Notes: generated from the letters alone by a model not told the origin. A stretch of 64,000 bases of DNA from an uncultured virus (IMG/VR IMGVR_UViG_3300011693_000001) (IMGVR_UViG_3300011693_000001:186001-250000), one strand, 5' to 3'; numbered from the stretch's first letter, positions 34,937 to 44,463 are shown. Numbers and translations: made by a program.

Positions 34937-35775
34937 TAGAAGTTGACTCGGTAAGTCTTAGTGCCGTTACCGGGGAAGTCTGTACGATAAATCTTCCAAG
35001 CTTCGCCAGCAATAGTGATTGCTACAGGTCCAGTAGTTTCACCGAAGTCTCCGTCAGTCGGCCAACCCGCACCGTCCCAGCCTCCGGGGATATTGCTAGC
35101 TGTATCTACGAAGGTCGGGTTATACGAAACTGGAACTGCGAAATAAGCGTAGTCACCGCCTACAGTATTCACTGTAATTGTTTCACCAGAAGTATAAGTG
35201 TGATTCTGCGTCAACGCAGCAAGCACAGTAGCTTCATTGAAATCATTCAGAACACCGATACCGTAGATAGGTGTGGTCGGAGCGGTAGGTGTCGGATCGA
35301 CAGGCTCTTCAACAGGAGGCTCTTCTACGGGCGGCTCTTCTACGGGCGGCTCTTCAAACTGAGGAACATCCATGTAGACGCGATAAGTGCGCTGACCAGT
35401 CGCCGGGAAGTCTGTACGAAACAGATTCCAGATAGAACCATCAGAGGCTTGTGTGATCTGATAAGGTCCAGATGTTTCACCAACGGAGCCATCGTCAGGC
35501 CAAGTTGCACCATCCCAGCCACCGAACACATTCAACTGAAGGTCCATAAAGCGGACGTTACCAACGTCGCTGCGAATGTAGAACCAACCATATTCACCTT
35601 CTTGCAGCGTGATATCAATGGCCTGATCGGTAATGATGGTCAGCCGATTAGGCAGTACGCTAGTTGTCATCGAATGTGACTTGGTGAAGATAGGAGCAAC
35701 ACCGTAGTAGGCGTTCGGGATATCCGGCGACGCTACCTTCGGTTTCTTATATAGAGGAAGAACTACGAGAGTCAT
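34936..35775 (-). CDS. Structural protein with two GGWDGA domains joined by an (EEPPV)n linker
   Basis: GGWDGATWPDDG and GGWDGAGWPTDG. Confidence 0.8.
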   Translation of the reverse strand: MTLVVLPLYKKPKVASPDIPNAYYGVAPIFTKSHSMTTSVLPNRLTIITDQAIDITLQEGEYGWFYIRSDVGNVRFMDLQLNVFGGWDGATWPDDGSVGETSGPYQITQASDGSIWNLFRTDFPATGQRTYRVYMDVPQFEEPPVEEPPVEEPPVEEPVDPTPTAPTTPIYGIGVLNDFNEATVLAALTQNHTYTSGETITVNTVGGDYAYFAVPVSYNPTFVDTASNIPGGWDGAGWPTDGDFGETTGPVAITIAGEAWKIYRTDFPGNGTKTYRVNF

Positions 35776-37458
35776 TTAACTTTCCTTTTTACCGATTGCA
35801 TCAATTGCTTTTTGAATTTTCGAAGACGGGCGAACGTTTAACTTTCGGTAGAAGTCGTCGAGGATACTCGGATCAATGTAGTTGGCGATGGCGGTATTAG
35901 CGGTGACTTTTTCACCACTCATATGGCCAAGCTCTTGTCCGACTTTCATCAGTTCATTTTCAACCCACTGATTAACTGCACGCGCATCATCGCCTTGTTT
36001 GAACGGAGATTTCTGTAGGATATTGTAGGCTAACTCTGTACCACGTGCAGTACGCAGCTTGTGGATAGTGAACCCTTCAGGAAATCCTACATACTGCAAA
36101 TATCTGTTGACGTTAGCACTGGTGAAAGGTTTGCCCTTGAAGTTAATCAGATAGTCATCTGGTTTTTTACCTTCAAGAAAAGCAGGCAACTTCTCAGCAA
36201 GAAGCTTAAGTCTAGGGGTATTGAAACGGATGATATGATGTTGAATTACGCCGGACTTGCCGGGGTACTTGATATCACATCGAGTCGGCGTCAGTTTAAC
36301 GTGTTTGACTCGCCATTGGCTAGCGCCGTAGGTAGTCTTACCATCGGTGGATGCACGTTCATTACCGATCCGAGCAGTAGTCTCATAAACCAATTCACAC
36401 AGAACTGCCAAACAACTCTCACGAGTCCTCGGAGCTTTGCGTAAGTCTTTCAACCATTTAGCTGCCAGTGTTTCTATCTTGCCAGCTACTTTGTTGACCA
36501 CGCTGAACTTCTTAACTGTACGCTCTTGTTTGAAGTCGACGGTGTAAGCACGCGATGGTGCTTGCGCGAAAGCAGGCTGGTACTCACAAACATAACCGTT
36601 ATCTTCTTTGGCTTTGTACGCAGGATTCATTCGCACAGTGCCGCTAATAGTAACCGCGATTTGTTTGCCAGCAGTCGTATAGAAACGCCCTTGGTCATCG
36701 ATGTTACCAACGAATTCAGATGGGAGTTCGTGATACACCTTTTCACTGTTGAGACGCTTGATCACATCACGCAAAGGCAAGTAAGGTTCGCCAGATTCAC
36801 GAATGATGGTAGCCAAGCGCGACTTCAAAGCTGCATTCAATTCACGACGCATTTTCAGGTAATCATCATGATCCTTATGCCGTGAACCTTTGTCCTTATT
36901 GTGTTGGACAAATTTAGCTAGCTGATCGGCAGGCATGATCATACCAGAAGCGCCATACTTACTCACCAGCTTCTTCAACTTGGTTTGCACACTAGAGGTA
37001 TCCGTCTCTTCATGGACGAATATCTTCGATAATGCAGGTTCCTTCAACTCGCTGATGTGACGGGCGAGAAAGTTGTAGGCGTTATCGCTACCTTTGAGTC
37101 CGTAAAGACGAACACGATCGATCATATCCAGAAGAGTCTTCGGAATATCAAGCTCAGCTGCAAACATCTGCTTATGATCACTCAGCAGATACAGGAACTC
37201 AGTGATATCATCATCGAGCTTCTGATTTTCATTAGGGTCTTTGTTGGCAATGATTGCCCGGACAGCTGAAGTAAATTCCGTCTTAGGGAATTTGAAACGC
37301 TTAAGGAACGGCTCAGACTCAGCGAGCCATTGATTCATTCGACGCCTAGTATCAGGGTTGTATTCGAACTGAAACGACATACCGATGAGGACAGTTAGCT
37401 TTGTAAACGCAATTACGCTGTCCTTGTTTACGGCGGATAGAGAACAAAACATAGTCAA
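35776..37458 (-). CDS. DNA topoisomerase IB with N-terminal extension
   Basis: Catalytic-core motifs ARIGNE, YPGKSG, HKLRTARGT, LGH, NYIDP. Confidence 0.88.
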   Translation of the reverse strand: MTMFCSLSAVNKDSVIAFTKLTVLIGMSFQFEYNPDTRRRMNQWLAESEPFLKRFKFPKTEFTSAVRAIIANKDPNENQKLDDDITEFLYLLSDHKQMFAAELDIPKTLLDMIDRVRLYGLKGSDNAYNFLARHISELKEPALSKIFVHEETDTSSVQTKLKKLVSKYGASGMIMPADQLAKFVQHNKDKGSRHKDHDDYLKMRRELNAALKSRLATIIRESGEPYLPLRDVIKRLNSEKVYHELPSEFVGNIDDQGRFYTTAGKQIAVTISGTVRMNPAYKAKEDNGYVCEYQPAFAQAPSRAYTVDFKQERTVKKFSVVNKVAGKIETLAAKWLKDLRKAPRTRESCLAVLCELVYETTARIGNERASTDGKTTYGASQWRVKHVKLTPTRCDIKYPGKSGVIQHHIIRFNTPRLKLLAEKLPAFLEGKKPDDYLINFKGKPFTSANVNRYLQYVGFPEGFTIHKLRTARGTELAYNILQKSPFKQGDDARAVNQWVENELMKVGQELGHMSGEKVTANTAIANYIDPSILDDFYRKLNVRPSSKIQKAIDAIGKKES

Positions 37459-38207
37459 CTCACAAAGACAGGATAGTCCTGCGGTATCGTAACAGTGATA
37501 GATATAGGTTCAATCTTACGGCTCTTGTCTTCTATAGCAAGGACTAATTCTCCGCGCAATGCAATATACCTACCAATCACTTTGAATGCGTTATGCTTCA
37601 GAACGATTTCCGTCCCATCAACTACGCGGTTTTTCTGCAATACTTCACCAGTGGTCTTATCAGAAACGACAAGACCTGCCTCATACACCATAGAAATGTA
37701 CTTAGGCAGGCGATGTACAGCATCCCTAACTTGCATGCTGCTAGTGGGGATTATTCGACTCTGCTTTGTACCATAAGCAATGGCTCTGGCTAACGCGGCA
37801 GAATCATATTCCTGTTTGTAGGCAACAGCCATTTCAAGAGCGTCATCTTGTGTGGCAGCTACCCACTGGCCTTTACCCGGTTTAAATTCACGGATACCGA
37901 CCTCAGTAACGACACCAGCTGTAACCAGCATAGTGCGTTGATAACGATTAGACATAAGATCGACGAAACCAGCATACGATTCCGGGCGATAGTGATAGTC
38001 ATATTCTCTGCATATGCTACCAATTCTAAACGCTTTAGGTTCTCCGCACAGTGCGTAAAAGGCACCATTGCGGAAACCCACTAACGTACCGTCATGCTCG
38101 GCGAATTGCATACCCATTGCAATCAGGTCAGCTACCTTATCAGCAGCTCCGATCAGATGATCGCCATGAAATAGTAAGTCAGTGCCTTCGACATTTATCT
38201 TATGCAT
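37455..38207 (-). CDS. Hypothetical protein, 250 aa
   Basis: ORF overlapping both neighbours. Confidence 0.7.
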   Translation of the reverse strand: MHKINVEGTDLLFHGDHLIGAADKVADLIAMGMQFAEHDGTLVGFRNGAFYALCGEPKAFRIGSICREYDYHYRPESYAGFVDLMSNRYQRTMLVTAGVVTEVGIREFKPGKGQWVAATQDDALEMAVAYKQEYDSAALARAIAYGTKQSRIIPTSSMQVRDAVHRLPKYISMVYEAGLVVSDKTTGEVLQKNRVVDGTEIVLKHNAFKVIGRYIALRGELVLAIEDKSRKIEPISITVTIPQDYPVFVS

Positions 38208-38637
38208 CGCCGCCTATCGCCTTATGTATGTAATCCATTTTCTCAAAATAATTGAGATAACGCATTCCTCGAATATCATCTTCTTTAACTGGAATGCCAA
38301 CGTAATGCGACTCTCTCCAGTTAAAACCTTCAGTGGGTTCGATGACTCGATTATTCTTATCTACGCAGAAGCTATGAACTTCGATTTTCCACGGATCGTT
38401 CACGTTACTGCGATGGATAATGTAGCCAACATGTAAAACCAGCTTGTTCTTTTTAGCATAAGCTACCGCGTTATCATGTACGGTAGCTTTCGGCATGATG
38501 GCTATGTTGATCCCTTTCTTTATACTAGGGAGTTTCTTCAACCGCATAGGCAAGTCGCGCCAGAATTTACGGTCATTTACTAGCGCATCCTGAATATGAC
38601 TAGGGAGCGCGTCTGCTAAAGCGATTAGGATTTTCAC
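38200..38637 (-). CDS. Hypothetical protein with N-terminal ILIALA motif; weak transglutaminase/papain-like pattern
   Basis: HDNA...VGY...HSFCVD...VIEPT. Confidence 0.65.
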   Translation of the reverse strand: MKILIALADALPSHIQDALVNDRKFWRDLPMRLKKLPSIKKGINIAIMPKATVHDNAVAYAKKNKLVLHVGYIIHRSNVNDPWKIEVHSFCVDKNNRVIEPTEGFNWRESHYVGIPVKEDDIRGMRYLNYFEKMDYIHKAIGGDA

Positions 38638-39199
38638 GGGCCAAGACTCTTACAATGTTTTCGTACACTTCGTCCATCGGCACATTAGCATCCACTACAA
38701 CATGGCGTGTTCTACGCAATGCGTCCGTGTAGCGGTTCCGCAAGGATTGGAAATACGAAGCGCTTTTACCGGAAGTAATAGCGTCATTCGGATCAATGTC
38801 TCGCTGTTGTGCTATTTCTGCTGGGCAGTCGAGAAGAAAAACCATATCAGGTTCTGGCATTGTCGAATGTAGGTCACGCATAGCATTACCCGGAAGCACG
38901 CCTTTCTGATAAACTAAGGTGGAGTAAAAGTAACGTTCGAGAATAACATCACGGCCAGAATTCAACACAGGTAACAGAATAGTGTTAACGAATTCGGTAC
39001 GAGCGGCAATATACAATAGAGCGCGAGTTGCAGGTTCCATTGTGTTTTTCAAAAGTATTGAACGTACTTGTTCTGATACTGGAGTAGAGCCGGGTTCTCG
39101 GAAATGAGCCAAACCGAATTCATTAGCCAGACGGGTGGCATGGGTTGATTTACCCGTCCCGTCTATCCCCTCAAGTACCCAAAGTTTACCAGCTTTCAT
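38600..39199 (-). CDS. tmk: Thymidylate (dTMP) kinase
   Basis: LEGIDGTGKST, REPGST, ERYFYSTLVYQ, PDMVFLLD. Confidence 0.93.
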   Translation of the reverse strand: MKAGKLWVLEGIDGTGKSTHATRLANEFGLAHFREPGSTPVSEQVRSILLKNTMEPATRALLYIAARTEFVNTILLPVLNSGRDVILERYFYSTLVYQKGVLPGNAMRDLHSTMPEPDMVFLLDCPAEIAQQRDIDPNDAITSGKSASYFQSLRNRYTDALRRTRHVVVDANVPMDEVYENIVRVLARENPNRFSRRAP

Positions 39200-39218
39200 T
39201 TATCAGGTTCCCCTTAAA

Positions 39219-39815
39219 TTATCGTTTAATGCCTTGCCAATACAATTTCAGAATACGTTTTGGGCGCTCTTTTCTTTCCTTCGCACCTTTTCGTTTCCTA
39301 GAAGTAGCGAACGGATCATGTATAGTCATCCGTTTACTTGCTCTTCTTGCGTGATTAGCTATAGAATCGCCGCCACGCCATGCCATCTTTATATAGTTCT
39401 GCAAAAGAACTTGATTATCCACAGGGTTATCATTTACAGATTTAACGATCTTTGTTCGAATGAAACCATTCGCGGTAGTTTCAACGACCATAACGCCAGC
39501 ATCTTTACCTATCTCAGTTTTCAAACGTTCTTTATGCTTCTCCCACATTTCAGCAGGGAAGCAGAAGTAAAGTTTATTCACATAAGGCAGATATGAACGC
39601 CATTTTTGATCTGATCGGTAATCATCAAGACATGATTTTACTTCAACGCCGATGATATGCCCTTTGTAGTTAAGGGAGAGGATATCTAAACGACGGCGGG
39701 ACTTTATACCGATTTCCTGATGCACACTATAGCGCCTATCCACGAGATATAAGGTGACGGCACGTGTCAGGATAGCGGTTGTTTCTTTTCTGCTCATTAC
39801 TCTACCTTCGGCCAA
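39219..39815 (-). CDS. MmcB-like PD-(D/E)XK endonuclease
   Basis: RLDILSL...VEVKSCLDDYRSDQKWRSYLPY...YF...AGVMV. Confidence 0.8.
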   Translation of the reverse strand: MAEGRVMSRKETTAILTRAVTLYLVDRRYSVHQEIGIKSRRRLDILSLNYKGHIIGVEVKSCLDDYRSDQKWRSYLPYVNKLYFCFPAEMWEKHKERLKTEIGKDAGVMVVETTANGFIRTKIVKSVNDNPVDNQVLLQNYIKMAWRGGDSIANHARRASKRMTIHDPFATSRKRKGAKERKERPKRILKLYWQGIKR

Positions 39816-40525
39816 TCATATGCCCGTACTTTGTCCATCTTAAATACAGGATCGGGACCATAGGAAAAGAACTCGCCGACAATAGCGTCTTTGTCGACAA
39901 ACGGGAATATACTGATGATACTAGAGTTCATTTCACCGACAACGATAGGTCTGCCTATATCGCAGTGTTGGGCAAAATCACGCATTACCTTAACGGTCAT
40001 TTCATTATAGGAATCGAAACGGATGAAATGATAACCGCCATCTTTTGCTCTACCCATAGCTACCGGATAGGAATGAGGTAACGTAACGAGGTCTTGACTA
40101 GGTTTAATTCCAGTCAGACCGCGACCGATCAAAGTCGCAACCATTTTATTGAACCGATTCCCATGCCCATCAGTTAACCATCGGGTATCGCGTGTTTGCC
40201 GGAATTGCCAGTGACAATACACATGAACCATTTCGTGAGCCATTGTGATATATAGCAACCGAGGGTAACGCACAAAGAATGGATTAATGAAAAGATGAAT
40301 AGGTTGGTTTTCCAAACTAGTGACCATACCGTTAGCATCAATGCCGGGAATAAATGCCTCGCCTATATTCTTTTGTACAATGAGCGGGCTAGATATGATA
40401 GCTAGATGGCGGCTATCAGCTGGCGGTATTTCACCCTCACGGAAATAACGTTTGGCAATAGTGTTATACAAACGGTATAGATGACTTGCGGAAATATCGT
40501 CCGCAGCGGATAAAGAAATGCTCAT
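39797..40525 (-). CDS. SprT-like zinc metalloprotease
   Basis: LY..I...YF, TMAHEMVH, GHGNRF; start reassigned to MSISLSA. Confidence 0.8.
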   Translation of the reverse strand: MSISLSAADDISASHLYRLYNTIAKRYFREGEIPPADSRHLAIISSPLIVQKNIGEAFIPGIDANGMVTSLENQPIHLFINPFFVRYPRLLYITMAHEMVHVYCHWQFRQTRDTRWLTDGHGNRFNKMVATLIGRGLTGIKPSQDLVTLPHSYPVAMGRAKDGGYHFIRFDSYNEMTVKVMRDFAQHCDIGRPIVVGEMNSSIISIFPFVDKDAIVGEFFSYGPDPVFKMDKVRAYDWPKVE

Positions 40526-40541
40526 GTTGTTTTCCAGAAAC

Positions 40542-40573
40542 AAAAAAGCCCCGGTGGTTCAGGCCGGGGCTTT
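40542..40573 (-). terminator. Intrinsic terminator
   Basis: AAAGCCCCGG/CCGGGGCTTT stem with U6 on minus. Confidence 0.85.
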
Positions 40574-40578
40574 AATCA

Positions 40579-40989
40579 TCAAACGAACACTAGCGTGGCT
40601 TTGCCAGCTTGTGCGACGCTAAAGGATAGCGTTACGGTGTTCAGATCAACGGACACAGAGTCAGGGATGACTAAGTTACCAGCGCTGTTAATCACAGTCG
40701 GAGCAGCAACGTCGCTGTTATTCCGATTATGATTAATGGTCCAAGTGGTAGCAGCTTCCGATTGTACGTGGGTGAAACCGCCGGCAAAACTGCCGCCCGA
40801 TCCACTACCAACACCAACCAGTTTGCCGTCTTTCATACCGAGAACTTGACCTTCAGAAATCTGCACACCTTGCATCTGACGCGGAGCCGCGCCACGACGA
40901 ATGATGACAGATTCTTCTGGTACGTCTTCCAACAAAAAAGGACGACGCGGAAGTTCTAACTGGATGAATGCTTCGAATGCGGTAGCCAT
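40579..40989 (-). CDS. Structural protein with C-terminal HxQ..WxIxH domain
   Basis: FTHVQSEAATTWTINHNRN...FSVAQAGKA. Confidence 0.8.
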   Translation of the reverse strand: MATAFEAFIQLELPRRPFLLEDVPEESVIIRRGAAPRQMQGVQISEGQVLGMKDGKLVGVGSGSGGSFAGGFTHVQSEAATTWTINHNRNNSDVAAPTVINSAGNLVIPDSVSVDLNTVTLSFSVAQAGKATLVFV

Positions 40990-42626
40990 TATACGCTCTC
41001 CCCGATATCAACTTGCAGAGTACCGGAGGTGTTCGAGTTCGCATAATCCAAGTCGGACAGGAACAAGTGATCCCCTGTAGCACTGTAGTTACCAGCAGAG
41101 TTCGTAATGGTGTACGAAGCAGCAGCCTGATTGGTGTCATTACGCAACGCAAGGTTGCCTGCGGTGCCGGTGTATTTCGCAACAGTTTTGCCGATAGTAA
41201 CCACGTTGGTGCCAATCGGTGCGAAACGAGCGAATGCCGGGAACGTAATGGTACGAGTAACGAAACCGCCGATGTTGTAAGCAGCACCGGAAGTAATAGT
41301 GCTAGAAACTTTATTTGCACGGTTGGTAAGAACCAGCGTGTTGAAAGTCTGAGCGCCTTTAAGATCAGCATCAGTGATGCGCAGAACACGACGCCAGTTG
41401 TTTCCACTCTGTACCCACGAGCCTTGCCATGTACCAGAGGATGCTTCCAAAGTCGGAGCACTTGCCAGAACTTGGTTAGGAGCAATCTGTACAGTGTAAT
41501 CATTACCAGCGGCAGAGGACTGCAAGCGAGCAGGGTTGCCGATGATAGTGATTGCAGCAGTAGCTTCAACGTGAGCAATAACAACAGAACCATTCAAGGT
41601 ACTAACTGCACCGTTCGAGGTACGAGTGGCAGTAATGGTGTAGTTGTTGGTAGTCACGTAATCGCCACTGGTGCGGGTAACAACTTTACCTGCTGCGTAT
41701 ACAGTCGGATCAGCTACCGTACCGTTAGCGAAGCTGTAGTTGAAAGCGTTAGCGCCAGTAATCGTGCTGTTAACAGTAGCCTGTTCACCATCTTTCAATG
41801 CAGACTGGCCGTTAGGATAAGTAACGGTGATTGCACCAATGGACGGATAAGTCTGATCCAAAGTGACGCTATTGACGGAAGCAACTACAGCGCCTTCAGT
41901 ACCAATAAAGTTGGCAGCAGCAAGACGCAAGGTCTGCGAACCAGTAAGGTTGGAAACAACGAAGTTACCAGTAACGGTACGGAAACCAGCACCAGCAGAA
42001 TCCGCTTCACCGATTACAGGAGTACCGGAAACAGCTTTAGCCGCACCAAGGTCTTTGATAACGACAGCAGTGGTAGTGTTGGCAACAACTGCGGTAAACG
42101 GAACTACGTCGTTATGCTTAACTGCGGTTTGGCCATTAGGCAGAGCACCAATAGTTACCGATTGGACAACCGGACCTTCAGTCAGCAGCGTGACGTTTAC
42201 GGTAGCACTAGAGCCAGTGCTAGATTCAACAGTAACAGTGCCCGATTCAGAAAGAACCAGATCAACGTAACCAGAGAAGATTCGCTTGTCACCAGCAACT
42301 TCTTGAATGTTGGTCATCGCTACACCGTTCGCCGTAACAGTCGGCGAATAGAAAGTAGATGGGCCTTCAGCCAAGAAACTAATACGGATATTGTTGGTAT
42401 CCGAAAAACATTCGGTGATGACTGCATTTGCTGGAACGGTAGGAGCGTATTGTTTACCGCCTACGATACCAGTGGAAGTCGGAGAAACATCAGTAATAAA
42501 CACAGCGCCTGCGGCACCCTGCATTACCATGTTCTGAACGAATTCCAAGTTCACCACGTCTTTGGGGTGCTCCGGTGTAAAATCTACACGAGCATGACCC
42601 CGGAAGAGTGCATTATCAATTTTCAA
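40989..42626 (-). CDS. Virion structural protein, T/S/A/G-rich with Ig-like repeats
   Basis: Likely TTG start at 42626 behind AGGAG; promoter-like GGTAATTTG at 42675-42683. Confidence 0.8.
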   Translation of the reverse strand: MKIDNALFRGHARVDFTPEHPKDVVNLEFVQNMVMQGAAGAVFITDVSPTSTGIVGGKQYAPTVPANAVITECFSDTNNIRISFLAEGPSTFYSPTVTANGVAMTNIQEVAGDKRIFSGYVDLVLSESGTVTVESSTGSSATVNVTLLTEGPVVQSVTIGALPNGQTAVKHNDVVPFTAVVANTTTAVVIKDLGAAKAVSGTPVIGEADSAGAGFRTVTGNFVVSNLTGSQTLRLAAANFIGTEGAVVASVNSVTLDQTYPSIGAITVTYPNGQSALKDGEQATVNSTITGANAFNYSFANGTVADPTVYAAGKVVTRTSGDYVTTNNYTITATRTSNGAVSTLNGSVVIAHVEATAAITIIGNPARLQSSAAGNDYTVQIAPNQVLASAPTLEASSGTWQGSWVQSGNNWRRVLRITDADLKGAQTFNTLVLTNRANKVSSTITSGAAYNIGGFVTRTITFPAFARFAPIGTNVVTIGKTVAKYTGTAGNLALRNDTNQAAASYTITNSAGNYSATGDHLFLSDLDYANSNTSGTLQVDIGESV

Positions 42627-42697
42627 GGGAATTCTCCTAGGATTTGAAACGCGGCCATTGAATAGACCACGCTTCAAATTACCATGTCAGGAGCGAA

Positions 42698-42934
42698 TTA
42701 AACGATTTGCCGAAGTTCGTTAATGCTTTCTACAGCATGTACTTCGTGATCGCGCATTGCTGCCGCAATAACTACATCCTTCTTCTTTCCTTTATACTTA
42801 TGATCGTGAGGTCGAAAGATATTGGAAAAGAAGAAAGAACGATCTGATTCAACTAATACATAAACGTCCGAATTAACGGAGAACGAAATGCAACGATTAG
42901 CCAGTTGATTCATGTTATTTGTAGTGAGGATCAT
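42698..42934 (-). CDS. Hypothetical protein, 78 aa
   Basis: ORF coupled to the upstream stop. Confidence 0.6.
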   Translation of the reverse strand: MILTTNNMNQLANRCISFSVNSDVYVLVESDRSFFFSNIFRPHDHKYKGKKKDVVIAAAMRDHEVHAVESINELRQIV

Positions 42935-43293
42935 ACGTTTAATGCCACCTGAACAGTTATGCCATTGTAAGAAACAACGGTGCTTGGGACTTCATCATTA
43001 AGGGAACGTTTCTGTCGATCAATTCGACTTTCCTGATCCCAAAGGTTTTGCAGCTCATCCTGTGTTACTGTAGGCGAGGATGCCCGCTTCTTTAGTTCCT
43101 TAATCTGCTGATCTAAACGCATAAGACGATTATTCTTATCGTTAGTGAACGCAGGGAACAACGCCGCCGATTCTGCATGAGTAATCAGATGTTTCATTTC
43201 GGCTTTACTGACCAAAATAGAACAGCCTTCTGCTACAGCTTTATCTAGCAGAATTTTGAATTCACGCATTGGCGTATCGTAATGGAGTTTCAT
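42931..43293 (-). CDS. Hypothetical coiled-coil protein, 120 aa
   Basis: ORF coupled by overlaps. Confidence 0.65.
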   Translation of the reverse strand: MKLHYDTPMREFKILLDKAVAEGCSILVSKAEMKHLITHAESAALFPAFTNDKNNRLMRLDQQIKELKKRASSPTVTQDELQNLWDQESRIDRQKRSLNDEVPSTVVSYNGITVQVALNV

Positions 43294-43475
43294 CTTAGAT
43301 AGGTACTCGGGTTTTCCGAAAGGTGCCTAGTTGGCATTTCCACTCGGAATTTACTTTCATTGTGATGGTGATGGTTGTGATGACACTTAACATGATCGAG
43401 GTTGTACGGATCGAACTTAGTAACACCCCAAACAGTCATTTCGTTTAGGTACATTCGTTCTTCCCTTAACATCAT
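43290..43475 (-). CDS. Small His-rich protein
   Basis: Start at the ATGA overlap (or a later Met); HVKCHHNHHHH. Confidence 0.5.
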   Translation of the reverse strand: MMLREERMYLNEMTVWGVTKFDPYNLDHVKCHHNHHHHNESKFRVEMPTRHLSENPSTYLR

Positions 43476-43645
43476 TGACCTTCCGGCCAAACAACGGCAT
43501 CTGCTTTTCCAGTGAGAACAGCCCATGCGTACTTAACGCGATGGCGGAACGAATGAACGACAGGGCGCGAAGGAACCCACATACCGTTAATTTCTGTCTG
43601 ACAGGTTTGTGCAGACAACATAAGACTTTTCAGTGTCCAAAGCAT
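43472..43645 (-). CDS. Unlisted 57-aa phage protein
   Basis: MLWTLKSLMLSAQTCQTEINGMWVPSRPVVHSFRHRVKYAWAVLTGKADAVVWPEGQ*; fills the gap after the gp5-like gene. Confidence 0.75.
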   Translation of the reverse strand: MLWTLKSLMLSAQTCQTEINGMWVPSRPVVHSFRHRVKYAWAVLTGKADAVVWPEGQ

Positions 43646-43653
43646 TTGAGTTT

Positions 43654-44463
43654 CTACCCGTTGTGTTCGATCCGCATAGCCGCAGTACGATGCAAACCAT
43701 CAATGATTTCGAATCTGTTCTTCATAACTCGGCAAGTGTCATTACCCATGATAACTTCCAACCGATTGCCTTCGATCAGAGTTGTTTGATCACCGGTAAC
43801 ATGTACATGCCTATAACCAGCATTACCTTTAGCCAGCAATCCTTGGAACGGAATTGATTTAGTTGGCTTTGGAGATAACCTACCTAGAACGGTATCCGGT
43901 GCGCCTAGAAGATAACCGTCGATATCCCCTTTACGGCTAGTTACGAATAACTGTTGATTACCAACGATGTATTGATTCACATCACCGAGAATCGTCATAT
44001 CAACATCGCCGGGATTGTTGAAGAAGATTTCGTTGGTCTTCGTATCGATGATGATATACATACCGTTGCTGAATTTAATCACAGCACGATCCGGGTAGTT
44101 CTTCTTACGCTCCGGCAGAGCTACTTGCTCATCAACAGTGTACGGTGCCCAAACAGGACGATGTGGATCACCAGTAGGAAACCGTAGACTAACCTTGTGT
44201 TTGTTTTTCGGCACCATGAACGTACCGGAACGATCAAGAGCATCGCCGCCCGGATTGTACGCCCCATCCGCATGTTGAAAACGTGGAATAGCCCAAGGCA
44301 GTAGACCATCAGGAATACCATCGAAGATAACGTCAATGCGCGCTTGAATACGTCCAAGCTGTCGAGGATCATTATTATTGACCACACGCGCTTCATAATG
44401 CAGAGTCGGATCGATACCTTGTTTCTTTAAGTGTTTGGTTACGTTAAGCGTACCAGAAGCCAT
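43654..44463 (-). CDS. Baseplate hub/spike protein (gp5 OB-fold plus beta-helix, no lysozyme domain)
   Basis: ARVVNNNDPRQLGRIQARI...LPWA...VP.....V...F..GDPHRPVW; 8-residue I.GD/GN repeats. Confidence 0.88.
   Translation of the reverse strand: MASGTLNVTKHLKKQGIDPTLHYEARVVNNNDPRQLGRIQARIDVIFDGIPDGLLPWAIPRFQHADGAYNPGGDALDRSGTFMVPKNKHKVSLRFPTGDPHRPVWAPYTVDEQVALPERKKNYPDRAVIKFSNGMYIIIDTKTNEIFFNNPGDVDMTILGDVNQYIVGNQQLFVTSRKGDIDGYLLGAPDTVLGRLSPKPTKSIPFQGLLAKGNAGYRHVHVTGDQTTLIEGNRLEVIMGNDTCRVMKNRFEIIDGLHRTAAMRIEHNG

Noticed and set aside
41013..42647. 544-aa plus-strand ORF
   Set aside because: Antisense shadow of the structural gene ending at 40989.
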